Assembly: GCF_000181795.1 (NCBI RefSeq)
Contig: NW_003526943.1
Location: 374,487 to 438,486 of the forward strand
DNA length: 64,000 bases
Source: Trichinella spiralis
Lineage: Eukaryota
Direction of reading: 5' to 3'
Part shown: positions 1-12,582 of the stretch, one piece after another
How the letters are laid out: each line of letters begins with the position of its first letter
Position numbering within the stretch: the first letter of the stretch is position 1
Position numbers and translations under genes: made by a program
Notes under the pieces: model-generated
The model's database searches: none
What the model saw: only the letters and a program-made list of their open reading frames with translations
Told to the model about the DNA's origin: nothing

Positions 1-3000
1 GCACTGTCTTCAGATTTGATATTGCTGTTGCTGAGATTGTTACTGTTGTTATTATTATTATTATTCTTATTTTTACCACTATCAATGCTGTTGCTACTGC
101 AATTGATACCACTGTTTTTACTACTTTTATTGACCATTTTTGCCCATGGACAACCATGATCTGTCATTCTCATTGTCTCTTTCAACCATGCTTTATCAAT
201 TGGTGCCCAACAATAACCATCCGGAGTAGGATCGTTGTTGTACTCGTCAAGTAACACCTGAAGTCGAAGTTCATTGGCCAACAATAAACTGCTCAACCTT
301 CAAAAAGAATTAAAATTAAAAATTAAAACTCAAAAGTTCTTCTTATCCTCTACACCTGTACAGTATACTGGGAAGGTACTGCAAACAGCGCCAGGTAGAT
401 GCTGGTATAGGATGAATGTCAACCAATTCTGGTACCAGCTTTTGTTTCTGTGCCACAACACTCATTGTGTCATAATCAGCTTCCAGTGATTCTCTCCTCG
501 CCTGCCGTCTTGGGAACAGTCGATTGAGACTAAATAATAAAAGTGCACATCAAAACTGTACAACAACATTACATTACGTTACATTACACTGCATTATATA
601 AGAAATTGAATATAAACAAAATATAATAATAATTCTCACTATTGTTGGTTTTCACTTAGTAATAATTAATGCAATAATCAATTATATGCTAAGAAAATTC
701 AATTACCGGCTTGCAGTGTAATCGACGTTCAGCAGTGGCTGATCATCGTGATAAATTTCAAGACCATATTTTTGCCAAAAGTAAGATTTAAATGATTCGT
801 ATTCGTCGTCCGGAAATTTTGTCAGCGGTGTTAAGCCTTCGTCAACATTCAACACGAAATAACAATGTGACATCTCTTGAGACCTGTACCAAGGCATCAC
901 TACTGCATCTTTGTATCTGAAGGCATTGAAAAAGACGAATCCTATCTTTACCAAACTAAAAATTTTCTCATCATACTTTGATATATCAAAAACGAAATTT
1001 TTCCGCTGCTCTTCATCCGGACGTCGAGGTACTCTGTCCCAATAATTTACCACTTCCACTATAAACTGCCAATCCAAGATATAATCTGTTTCAGCTAAAA
1101 ACGCAATAAATATATAAAACAAATTGTTTTATAAGTTTAAAATGAAGTTAAAAGTCATCGTAAATACTTGAAATAGATGGAACGATGAAAAATGCATTTT
1201 CTGCTTCTTCAGGCTGATACTTCATGGAATATTTTTCCAATTTGAGAATCTCCGAAAAAATATACATGTTGAATTCAGCAATGACAGCCATCTGCCCTTT
1301 GTTCACAGTAATGGTTGACGCACAAGGTCTAATTTCAACCAGAAAACTCTTCGTCTTCTCGTAGATCATGAATGCAGGAATCTAATTTGTACAATAAAAC
1401 AATATAGAAATAATAAGAAAACAAAAAAACACAGACGACAACAACAACAACAACAAACCTGAGGAATAGGTTTACTACTGAATATGCCCAGAATTCGTTT
1501 GCCGACTTCTGGTTGGGAAATGTTCGCTTCTCCGTTACATATTTCCGACACTTCACGGATAATTATGGCGTGAAAGTAACCAGGTTCATCAAAGACTGGT
1601 ATGGCGCGCTTTAAACATTCTGGAATCTAAAAGTTAAATTTATTTCAATAATCTTTCGCAGCTAATGCAAACAAATTGACAAAAAATTTTTCAAACAATC
1701 CTGACATTATATTCAAACTTTCCATCTTTTCTTTTTAACCTTTATAAAAAAAATCCCAGTAGTTTGTTATAAATTATTATTACATTTGATATTTTTCATT
1801 AACCGATTAACGATTTGCATGCACCTGCACGTACCGCTTTATTATAATATTGCCTTCGCTTTGATGAACCTGGACACGCTTTTCCAGTAACTGGCCATTC
1901 TTCGTCATCTTCATCAGCAATTAACAAACTTGCTACCATCTCTTTACCAATTGGCATCAACGAATCGTACAATTCACCACGTCGGTGCAACAACTTCACC
2001 GTTTCCAACGCCACTGACCTACGTGCAAGCATTACACTGTCTACAGTGGGACCCTGAAATATTTGCCAACAATAAATTAATAATAATAATAATAATAATA
2101 ATTTACAAATAATACTCACACAAATCAACTCTTTAACCGGCGAATTAATTGGCAGCTTAAGTGTTGCCCTGTATTTGGGCGACGGGGCACATTCTCCTGA
2201 CATTACTTTTTCAACATGACAATCGGCAACAAGCCGTGAAAAAATATCGCATGGCAATCTTTGACAATAACTGAAATTCATGTTTAATACAACAATTTAA
2301 AAGGGAAAAAGTGGGCGGGGATAATCGACATTTTTATCAAATAATCAAACTTAAACAAACGGAACCAAAAAAGCATACTGATTCACAATTCGAATGGAAT
2401 TGGCCAACGTCGCGCATACATTATTATTCTTTAATTTATCTGCTTCTTCATCATCATCACCTACTTCTTCAGATTTCTTCGGATAATACGGTTTGAACGT
2501 GTCATCCAAATCATCAGGCAATTCCAAATTGTCGTCTTCATAATCAAGCAATGAATAATTTCGTATTATCTGAAACGTTATTATTATTATTATTATTTAT
2601 TATTATCATGCAAATTCTTTCACAATTGGTCATTTAGGATGCGGTTTTGATATAAGTCGAATATGAATGCAATTACCTTGTCAATGTCCACAAATGTGTT
2701 GATCACTGAAGCAGATAATGCAGAAGTACATTCGCTGAGCAGGATAAAATAGTGTGAATTTGGTTTATTTGCACGATCTTAATGAAACAAAAGTTATCAA
2801 CCGTAATGTTTGTTCATTTGTCTGTTGAACTGCTCAACATTTCTGAAATGAAAAAAAAGAAATTCACTTTTAACATAAATAAATGAACGCAGAGATTCAG
2901 GTTCGTCGTAATGAATAACACAATTAGCGCCACGCAGTTCGATTCCCTTTGCCAATACGCGTGTTGTCAACAGTAGATTCAACTCTTTCGTACGGAATTT

Positions 3001-5189
3001 TTTCAATACCTGAACATCACAAATGTACAGTACTCTGTTTTAATAAAATTGAAACGTTTCAAAATATACCTCGTGCTGGCGTTCATGCAAAGCTTCCTTA
3101 GATGCGTCGGCAGTTTCAGAATCATAACCAACAAGAAAATCTACTTTCAAATAGCCGAACATATCAGGCCATAAATTTTGCAACGTTTTCAATAAAATCT
3201 TCAAAAGAAAAAAAATATATATATAACAAGCTCACTCTAACACAATAATAACAATAATCTGTAAATGATGAGTTGAAGCATTTTAAAAATTATGCTAAAA
3301 TTTACTGAAAATTACAAGAAGAACAAACCTTGTACACGTAGGCTATGTAACGATGTTTGAAAAATACAATGCAACAAAAATTTTCAGGAAAATTTTCATC
3401 GTCAGCAAATACGCTACGCATTTTGTTGTGCGAAAGCAATTCAATGAAGCTGTATACGTGGCCGGTGATGTATGCGCAGAGTGATGAGAAATTTTTCAAA
3501 TTTTTCACATGATTCTCAAACACTTTCCTCAAACACCTCAGATAGGTCTGTCCCATTTCGATCAACAAATATTGCATCGTTCCAGGCTTGATTCGCTTCA
3601 TTCGATTCAACTGCATCTCTTGCTTCTGACAAACCTTCCAAGCGCACCACGGACCCATCTCATCGTGTATCCACTTCACTTTGTTCAACGATTCGATCAC
3701 GTGCTGCATGCAGATCATGTCGTCATCGTTGGGCAAAGTTATATTTTCCAAAATGAACGTCGGACTGACCAGCAGATGTAGTATGTAGTTGTCGAACATG
3801 TCCCAACTGAACAACGATGTGCTCGGATAGGAAATCAAGACGACTTTCGTATCCCTTTTCAGAAATTTTTTCGCCGGCGACAACATCGTCAACACTACCT
3901 TGGAACAAAGCACCTCTTGCATCGTATCGATACCATATTGCAAGCAGTCCCCCTTGACTTCATCATTGATCAATGACATTGTCAAGCCCAACAGTCGAGG
4001 GCGATATTCTGAAACATTTTATATCAAAAACAAGTTTACTTTCATATCTTTAAATACCATCCCACCCTTTCCCATTTCATGAATGATATAATGACAAAAA
4101 TACTGATCAAGTGTGAATATCTCTATTTGACATTTAAAATGTAACAAGCTGTGCACAAAAATAGTCGTTCAAAATTGGCTTCCAAATTCGTAGAGCTTGC
4201 AACAGTGTTTGCATACAAGTAAAATTTCCCTTCTCTTAGCAACAAGCTCCATTTTCTATTTAAATGTTTTTTAGAAGGAAATTTCACCCTGTCTGACATT
4301 TGTTTTACGAAAAAAAATTGCGTTATCTTACTGGATACAGAAATCTATTCCCACATAAAATCTACTAATCGAAATTTAACATCTAAATGCATAATCTATT
4401 AAGATATTTCAACATTTTGTAACAACATGTGTAGTGACGATACTTTGCAAAATGTGATTTTAACAAGAAAAATATCATTTGGTCAAAAAAATAAGAAATG
4501 ATCTTTCAACTTACCTTTTTCAATATTTAAAAACTCTTTTACGATATTTCTGTATGGATGGCTCCTAATGGCTAAATGACAGTCTTCGAAAATAACAAGA
4601 CAGTAGCAGTTCCGAGGAATAAATGAAAGATCAAGCAATTTCATAAAATGAGTACCAGTTGTCACAAAAATCTCAAATAATAACATCTTTAAATTAAATA
4701 CAATACAAGCAAAAGCAAGCAAACACCTCGTTTCCTTCCATTTGAGCTGCACAGTATTGTTTAGCCTCGGATTCGAGGTGGATGTCGCAAAATATTTCAC
4801 CGACGTTCAAATTCGTGTAAATGCGAATACGATCAGCAACCGATTTGATGCTTGTGGCTTAAATATTAAATTTAAATCAAAATTTTCTGACAAAAAAATT
4901 CAAGCCAATAATAAATACCTCTGTCGACCAAGTAAACACACCACCGTCGGTTTTTCGAGCATGGCTTGCGCAACATGGAAGAAAATTCGCGTATAAGCAT
5001 CACGGAAACATATAATCTGTCCACAGCAGAACCAAGCGGTGCAATTAAGTTGCACCTTCTGCCAATATCAACAAGCCTGGTCTGCAAAAAACAAACCAAA
5101 AATAAGAATTACAAGAAAAAAAAGAAAATTCTTACCAAATGGTCACGAGGAGTGAAGAAGTCTGTTTCGAAGTCGTATAGACGATTCAT
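1..5189 (-). CDS. dcr-1: Dicer (RNase III family), 5' portion: helicase-like, DUF283/dsRBD-like, platform, PAZ and connector; RNase III domains would lie beyond the window start
   Basis: Multi-exon with GT-AG junctions in frame where checked. ATG at 5189 gives [25 protein letters not shown]. Helicase-like blocks: [55 protein letters not shown]283: [13 protein letters not shown]...[23 protein letters not shown]...[23 protein letters not shown]...QPLL. Connector: [43 protein letters not shown]. Frame stays open to base 1. Dicer family is clear; exact orthology to dcr-1 is not established. Confidence 0.95.
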
Positions 5190-6245
5190 AATGAGCGAAA
5201 ACTTTAATTTCGTGAAAATTATAAGCTAAATAAAATCAAATAAAATCTTATGTATCAAAATCAGGGGAAAAAACAAATCAAAATAATTACAATGCATGCA
5301 TGCTGAGAAGTTTACTTTCAGCATATGATATGAAAGTCAACTAAATATGAATATCGAATAATAACTAATACTTTATACAACAGTAATGAATAACTGTCTT
5401 GCAAACAATCAAAATTCTATTCAGTCACATCTTTCGTAAAACATATTCATTAAGATATTATATACATAAGCAAATCAATTAAAAGGAGCACTTATAAAAC
5501 TAGAAACAATGGAGAAAAGATGAAAGAATTCTCCTATAACAAAAGATGTGCATATCATCAGAAGAAATGAAAATATACAGTAATAAAGTTCATTAAAAAC
5601 ACAGAATACAAAATAAGCTCAAATGAACAACATCCAACACTGCATCTTGTTATTAAAATTCATCAAAAATAACAATATTAAAGTTTAAAAGCAAAAACTT
5701 CGAAAGTAATTTCAAATTAGGATAAAAGGTAATTAATTTGCACGTGTCTTCCTTCTGCTCTATTGAAAATAAAACTGAAAAATATAATGATAGTAAATGA
5801 GTCGAGTAAATTAAGCAACGCAAAATTCATGCTATTTTCAACTGATAAAAAATATTTCAACAATTCTGAGAGCGGACAGTCAAAATGACACCCTGTCGAG
5901 TACTCTGTACAGATTTATTACTTATTGAGCATCAGGTACAAATTTTGTGTATATACTATAAATTAAAAAAATAGAACACATTGCATAACAAAATGTAGAA
6001 TAAAAATATTATCAGTGCTTTTTTATTTGATTTAAAAAATTTTCAATTAACAAATTAATTTAACAAGTTTTTCTCCAAAATAGGTTCTGTCTTACTGCTG
6101 CTACATTGTGGGTAAAATTAAAGTCTGTGTTTTAACTGTTTGCATAAACATTATGTATATATTAATAATAATAATTATATTAATCTGTTTTAAATCTAAA
6201 ATACATTGTGATTTCCAAATTAAAGTAATTCTAACAAAGCATATA

Positions 6246-6396
6246 CAGTAGGCCCTCAATATTCGCGGTATATGGGTTCCAGCGGAACGGCAACTTCTAT
6301 TCATACACCGCTTCTATTCATACACCCCGCCTATGGCTTATAATCTTACGCAATTGTTTGGAAGTTGCAATGAATAATATCACGGGCCGTCTACTG
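6246..6396. mobile_element. Possible short non-autonomous Tigger/pogo-type MITE relic
   Basis: Begins TA|CAGTAGGCCCTCAATATTCGCGG, a Tigger-like terminal sequence. Ends ...CACGGGCCGTCTACTG, an imperfect inverted match. Internal direct repeat CTTCTATTCATACACC x2. No right-hand TA duplication. Confidence 0.45.
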
Positions 6397-7943
6397 ATTT
6401 GTTTGTTAAATATTTATCTCGCATTTATTTTTTCATTTGTTTAATTAAGTGTATAACAGTGAAGATCATTGCCAAAAATAGATGGACTATCCCGTGCATC
6501 TTTTTTAAAAAATATTGTGACTATAGTATTTACTTCATGCATTACGCGTTTACTCAAATTATGCGTTATTCTCACGCAATGTTGGAGTGTGCTAGCATAA
6601 AAGCGGATATTCTGCACTCCCATTTCATAATGTTAATCAAATAATTAATTTCATAATATTCATTTGTTTATTTATCCAGAAAATTCCAGTCGAATCGCTT
6701 GAGCCTAAATGAATTTGTAACAATGTTTTTATTGTTTAAAACGGCTGTCTGAAGAAGGAATATTAAAATTGAATTTTTACAATTTGTTGTTGTGGCTGAA
6801 AGGTAAACACTCACACAAACATTTAAAATGAAAATTTTAATATTAATGTTTTCTTGAGATGATGCAATCGAATTTCACGTCACTTTATCTTAAACTGTCA
6901 GTTTCCTTCTTCGCAGGTTTGATTTGCGCTACCAGTCAACTGAAAACAAGCTCGACTAAATGATTAATCTTTTGTTTCATGTTCGAGTTTTATGAACAGC
7001 CATGTATATGAACCGATACATACATATATATATATATTCATCAACAAATAATTCATCTATCTATATGTCAATCAAATGACGACATTTACATATTTAATCT
7101 CCAGGACGACATCTATAAAATTACATTAATTAAGGAAGAAAATATTCATTTTTAATGTTTTAGCATAAGTTATATATTTTTTCATACATTAAATAGCAAA
7201 TAGATAAGAAATTATCAAGGATCTTTTTGTAAAATACAGATAGCAGTAGGTAACAAGTAAATAATTAATGGAAAATATTAATACATATGAATGATGCGAA
7301 ATAATTTATTACGCATAGTGAAAAATCATCCTTGACATTTAATATTCTGCTTTGTTAATTGTATCTAAAAATTATTGCACAAATATAAAACTTTGCATTA
7401 TTTTACAATGTATGTGCTTAAGATGGATTATGTTAATAATAATTTCTAGAATAAAAATATTCTTCAGTAATAAATAATATTTTCTCACACTTTTATCACC
7501 TCCAGTGTTATAATATAGCAAAAAATAATTGAATTCTTGAGACTTGTTGATAAATTGTTTTTTTTTTAATTAAACTTGTTCTTCAAACAAATTTAAATGA
7601 AGCAAAATCAAGAATTCTAATAAATACAATATATTAGATCTCTGCTGAAGAAGCATAAGCAGGAAAATCAAAATTAATGATCATTAGAAATGCGAATAGA
7701 GTTTTCTTCCGTAAATTTTAACAAGATGCTTTGAAATACTTTTAAATACAATTTTAAAAGTTTAAGAATTGCACTGCTACTGAACATTTCACATATTCTC
7801 ACAATAATTGCACTCACATGAAAGTAAAAATTCAATTACATTTGCTTACATTTTAACGGCTAAAATTTATTTATAATTTTTTGTTTTGGAATATACTAAA
7901 TGAAACAATATTTAACCGTATGCGTTTATTTATAGCTTTCGTG

Positions 7944-9840
7944 ATGATGTGCGTGGAGCAGAACACTTCAACAACAACAACAACAAACACTACTGTATCT
8001 GCAGCTCTAAATAAAAGAGATATTCTTGTAATGTATAGTTTTATATGTGCATTGGCTGGATTTACTAATGCATTAGCAGCCGTCGTGCTTGCTTATAAAA
8101 AGAAAAAGAGAAAATCAGACAAATTCAATTTATGTAAGTGCAAATATGAAAATATAATATTAACTTTATAATAGGGGTTTCATTTTATGCTAAAAATAAT
8201 AGATGTGCATTTAATTATTGCTGCACTACTTAAACAGTTACTGCAATATAATCTTCACGCATTAATAATCAGTTATAAGTTTTCGTAATAAATTCATACG
8301 AAATTATTATATTTTATTATATACTTTTTTAATTATATTTCTTTGTATTATAATTATTAACTTTATTGATTTATTAACAACTAATTTGATAAACGTTGAT
8401 AAAATTATTATTGCAAAGATAAGAAAAATTCAAGATTAGTTTTTTTTATTTAAAAATAAAATTATTTAAAATGAAATACATTTATATAGATATACTTCAG
8501 CAACTACTGAATGTCTGCTGGGAAAAAAAGTTTGAAACATTCATTTTTACATGTGCTTTAAAATTGCACCAAAGTAAACACATCCAAAATACAATCATCT
8601 GTTCACGTTTAATAATTTAAATTTCATTAAAATTTTCATTTTAAAGAAATTTCATTTCGATTTTACAAATCTTTCATGATGAGAAGTTGTTTTCATAATA
8701 TATTTTTGAAAATATTTTATTTTTAATTTCATTTATTATCAATTAATTTCTGATAACAAATTATTATATTCATTTCTTTAATAATCTTATAAATAAACAG
8801 CTAAAAAACATTGCAGTAAGTCTTATACGTGAAAAACTTTAAAAAGCAATTGAAGAGTAATAGTTGAAGTAGCATTTCGTGATTATAAATATCCTGATAA
8901 TTTTTAATCAAACTATATTCATAAAATAGTTTCTCTAAAAACTTTCCATATTAATTTTTAACTAAATGCAACAATCACCAGTTACGAAGTTGATAATAAA
9001 TTACGTTGTTGGTTTTCAATAAATTCACAGTTTGCATCAGTTTGCGTTTTAGTGTTTGCAGTTTCATCTGCAATATGTGGAAATGCTATAATGATTGCTG
9101 ACATAATAAAATCACAGAGCAGTTGTTGGAAATACTGCACAACAAGACTGATGTGCATCATTACACAACCACAGATATGGATTTTAAGTCTTTGTGAACC
9201 AATTTCTACGGCTGCAATGTTTTTAACAGCACTGGATTGTTCAATAACCATACTGATTCCTAAACCTAAATTTTGCATTAGCAATGAAAATGTTAATCGA
9301 ATTATACTTGCTACAGTTGGATGCATATGTTTTTGCATAGCCGTGATTTGGATTGAACTGCTAATTCAAAATGAGGAACTTCTTTCTTCTTGTTGTCATT
9401 TCAGAGAAGTGATATCATCTAACGTGTATCTTGCAAATTATTCAATACAAGCATTTGTTGGTTACATAAGCGGAGCATTATTTTTGACTGCTGTAATGAA
9501 GTTGCATTTGAAAAAAATGGAATCCCAATCCGTGCAATTAATACGCTTGAAGAGAGAAAAAGCGGTAATAAAGCAATCAATTGCACTCATAAGTTTTGCA
9601 TTCTTCATAAAAACTCTCCCAAGTTTGGTATCTGTATTGCTAATTTTGAAAATAATTGGTTTCATGCAATACACGATCATCAGGGTCAGCTGTTTATTTG
9701 GTTATGTTGCCTATGCAGCGTATATCATTGTTAAAGATAAAACCTTCTGGAAATATGTGCACAGAAATCTATGCCAAACAAAAGTTGTTAACTCTGAATT
9801 AATACTGAAAAGTAATTTAAAATCAGTAACAAATACATAG
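7944..9840 (+). CDS. 7TM serpentine/GPCR-like receptor, copy 1 (exons ~7944-8133 and 9053-9840)
   Basis: N-terminal N-glycosylation sequons (NTS, NTT), hydrophobic TM1, basic loop KKKKRKSDKFNL, phase-1 intron, then a long exon with about six more hydrophobic segments. Motifs CEPISTAAMFLTALDC and SSCCHF are shared with the paralogs. Start could alternatively be ATG 7920. Confidence 0.8.
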
Positions 9841-11319
9841 ATTATTACATTTTAAAAAATAATACCATTTACTGCTTACAGAAACAAATTAAATCAACAT
9901 TTTTATTCGTCTATTGAAATAAATTTTAATCTTTTCATGATGTTTTTATAACTTTCTTTTTTATAACAAAACTTTAAGTAAACTTGCTTTTTGATTATGT
10001 TTAAACTGTATGTACTGTTCAGTGAATTTTAAATAAAACTGTACAGCTTATTCTGACATTAGATACTGAAATTGACAATATAAAAATGCTGGCAATATTT
10101 ATGTACTTAAAAAAGTTATCTTTAACATAAGAAATATTAAAATTAAAAAAGAAATAAAATAAAAGAAACAATTAAAAGAAACAAAAGAAATTGATAATTA
10201 TTCATTTTGTTCAAACTGCTGTTATTTTGGTAAAGAACTTTGCTTATTAATTTTTGGTTGAAATTCATCATAATAAATACATCATATGCAATAAATCATC
10301 ACTCTATTAAAGTATCCAGTACCATTCAATAAATCATAATTCAATCATGCTTTATTTAAATAAAATTTATTAACGAAAGAAAGTTTCAATAGAGTGAATA
10401 TAATCAGTGAACTGCGATGAAGTAAACTGAAATAACTGTAAATTGAAAAACAGATAAAAATTACAAAAAAGAAAAGTAAATAAAAAATAATTTGATTTGA
10501 TTTAATTTAATTTAATGAATTTAATAAAAGAACTCAGTTCATTAGAGTTTCTAATTATTATCCCATAATTAACTAAATAATAATAATAAATTTAATATAT
10601 TTAAATGAAGTTCATATACAAAATCAAATCACATTGACAAAAGACAAAAGTGCTCACTTTTTTAATGTTTCCATTTATCTAAATTTAAAATTTTTGATGA
10701 ATCAACTGAATAATGAATGCTTTTGAAATAATTAATTGCTTGCACTGCATTTTTCATTGGTTAATGGTCTCACTGATTCCCTTCCTATACATAAAAAATC
10801 AATATGCCATCATTTATTGGTAAATTTAGCAAATATTTTTTAATTTAGAGTTTGTTAAATGAAAATATGTTTTCAAATTTAATAAACATAAGCAAAATAC
10901 TTTTCAAATATGCACAAATGGCAGAAAATGCATATTACAAGAATGACATACTAAAGTGATTGCTTAATGTAAACATATCAGCAAAGCTGTCATAACTGAT
11001 GATAAAATTTTAAACTATTACTGCAAAAGTTACATTTGAAGTTGAGAAAATTTCTGAAATATTCATCATGTTAAAAAAGATAATAATTTTATAAAAGTAG
11101 TGTATATATACAAAAAATATTTCAGGAAGCTTTTATTTAAATTATTTGTGAATCATAAATTTAACTGCTTTGTACAATACAAAACTGCGGTAAGATTAAA
11201 ATATCATTACAAAGTATGTACAATCAAAAACATTTAATCATGAAAAAAATATAACTGAAATTTCATTTTAAAATAAAAGAAATTTACTTGTTGCTTTCGC
11301 AGTTTAAACTTGCAAATTA

Positions 11320-11791
11320 CAGTGGAACTCTGATTATCTGATCACTGATTATCCGATCACTGATTATCCGATCACTGATTATTTAAGCACATTTTATGCC
11401 CGGTATACCTACTACTATAAAGGGAAAGGTTTTGAGTTTGAAGCAAAAACTAAGTTAAAAAACAAAAACTTTAAGTCATGCAAAGAAAGAGTGAATATCC
11501 GTTGTTGCGCTAATGCTACAGATTGCGATCGTTTGCAACTGTTGTTAGCTGGAATATCAATTGCGTCCACGATCTAAGATTAGTGTGCAGAAGTTGCCTG
11601 TAGTTTCTGATTATCAGCCAAAAACCTGGATGGCAGGAGATATTGTTTCCCGCTGGTATGATGAGATATTTATTCCTCACGCTGAAAAATACTAGCAGAA
11701 GACAAAAAAATCAGGAAAAATGCTACTCATAATTGACAATGCATTTTGTCATCCTAGATGTGAATTAGTAGACCGTGAAAATGGCTTCTTC
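11320..11791 (+). mobile_element. Degenerate, internally deleted Tigger/pogo-family (CENP-B-like, DDE_1) DNA transposon
   Basis: TA|CAGTGGAACTCTGATTATC terminal-repeat-like start. Residual peptides KGKVLSLKQKL (CENP-B-type HTH start), FKSCKERVNIRCCANAT..RLQLLLAG and, after a frameshift, KLPVVSDYQPKTWMAGDIVSRWYDEIFIP..*..KMLLIIDNAFCHP. Contains a stop and a frameshift; no right TIR found. Confidence 0.88.
11331..11382 (+). repeat. 15-bp tandem repeat (TGATTATCCGATCAC) x~3.5 in the Tigger subterminal region
   Basis: Units start at 11331, 11346, 11361, with a partial unit at 11376. Confidence 0.9.
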
Positions 11792-12356
11792 TGTGAGAAA
11801 ATTAAAGTATGTGATGTTAATCCTAGCACTTCCAAATAAAGGAACAGATTTATTACGTCAATTTTGTTGAATTTTTCAGCTAGAAGAGACTTAACATTTA
11901 TTTTAAATAATGAAATTTTAATCAAAATACATAAAAATCAATAAATAATAAATACTGAAATCAAAAAAATGTGGAATATCAATTTCCTGCTCAACACTTT
12001 TCCATATGTTTATGTTAAAACTATAGAAAGGGCTTAGATAAACGAAGTCTTTTCGGAACCAAAAGAATGACTATAGAACTGAGTTTAGTATCAAAATGTG
12101 CAAAATAACATGTTGTACTCAAGTCTGCAATTTGTTTTACAAATTTTACAAAACTAACTCCACACGAAGAAAAAAACTAAGAAATAATGATTTTTTAACG
12201 ACTTTTGTCGTATGTTTTGCCAATGAAAGGCTTTAAAATTATTAAAATTGAAAATACTTTAATACCATCATGTACAGAATTCTTCGAACTATCTAATAAA
12301 ATAAATTTCATAAAAATTAAACATACTTCTAGCTTTTTACACGTGTTTTTTTAAAG

Positions 12357-12582
12357 TGGGGTGGGTCCCACTCCAACAATCCAATAACGCACCTTTTAAC
12401 TTTACGATGTTCTATAGACCGAGCAAAAATTTCTGGAACATTGAAATTTTTTTAAAATATGTTTTATTGTTTCAAAAGAGATGTTACAAAGCTTCAGATT
12501 ATAAAAATTAAAATTGACAGAATGCGACGAAAAGAAAACCCCCTGGGGTGGGCTCCACCCCAACAATAAATCAAAGGGTTAA
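12357..12582. mobile_element. Probable piggyBac-like element terminus
   Basis: Two direct copies of a GC-rich palindrome (TGGGGTGGGTCCCACTCCAACAAT at ~12357; TGGGGTGGGCTCCACCCCAACAAT at ~12544), followed by ...TCAAAGGG|TTAA at 12571-12582, the typical piggyBac end plus TTAA target site. The opposite end was not found. Confidence 0.55.

Noticed and set aside
917..976. Stop-free introns of 3n length (Dicer 917-976 and 2054-2119; LMO7-like 61849-61935) that let ORFs read through
   Set aside because: A few such cases are expected by chance among dozens of short introns, and splicing them out restores the conserved domain spacing.
8982..9680. Antisense ORFs over the receptor exons, and similar shadow ORFs over Dicer, WDR3 and the POU gene
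   Set aside because: They are shadows of real coding exons on the opposite strand and have no independent motifs.
11331..11382. Short repeat array superficially like a CRISPR array
   Set aside because: No spacers, eukaryotic context, and it is part of a transposon subterminal region.
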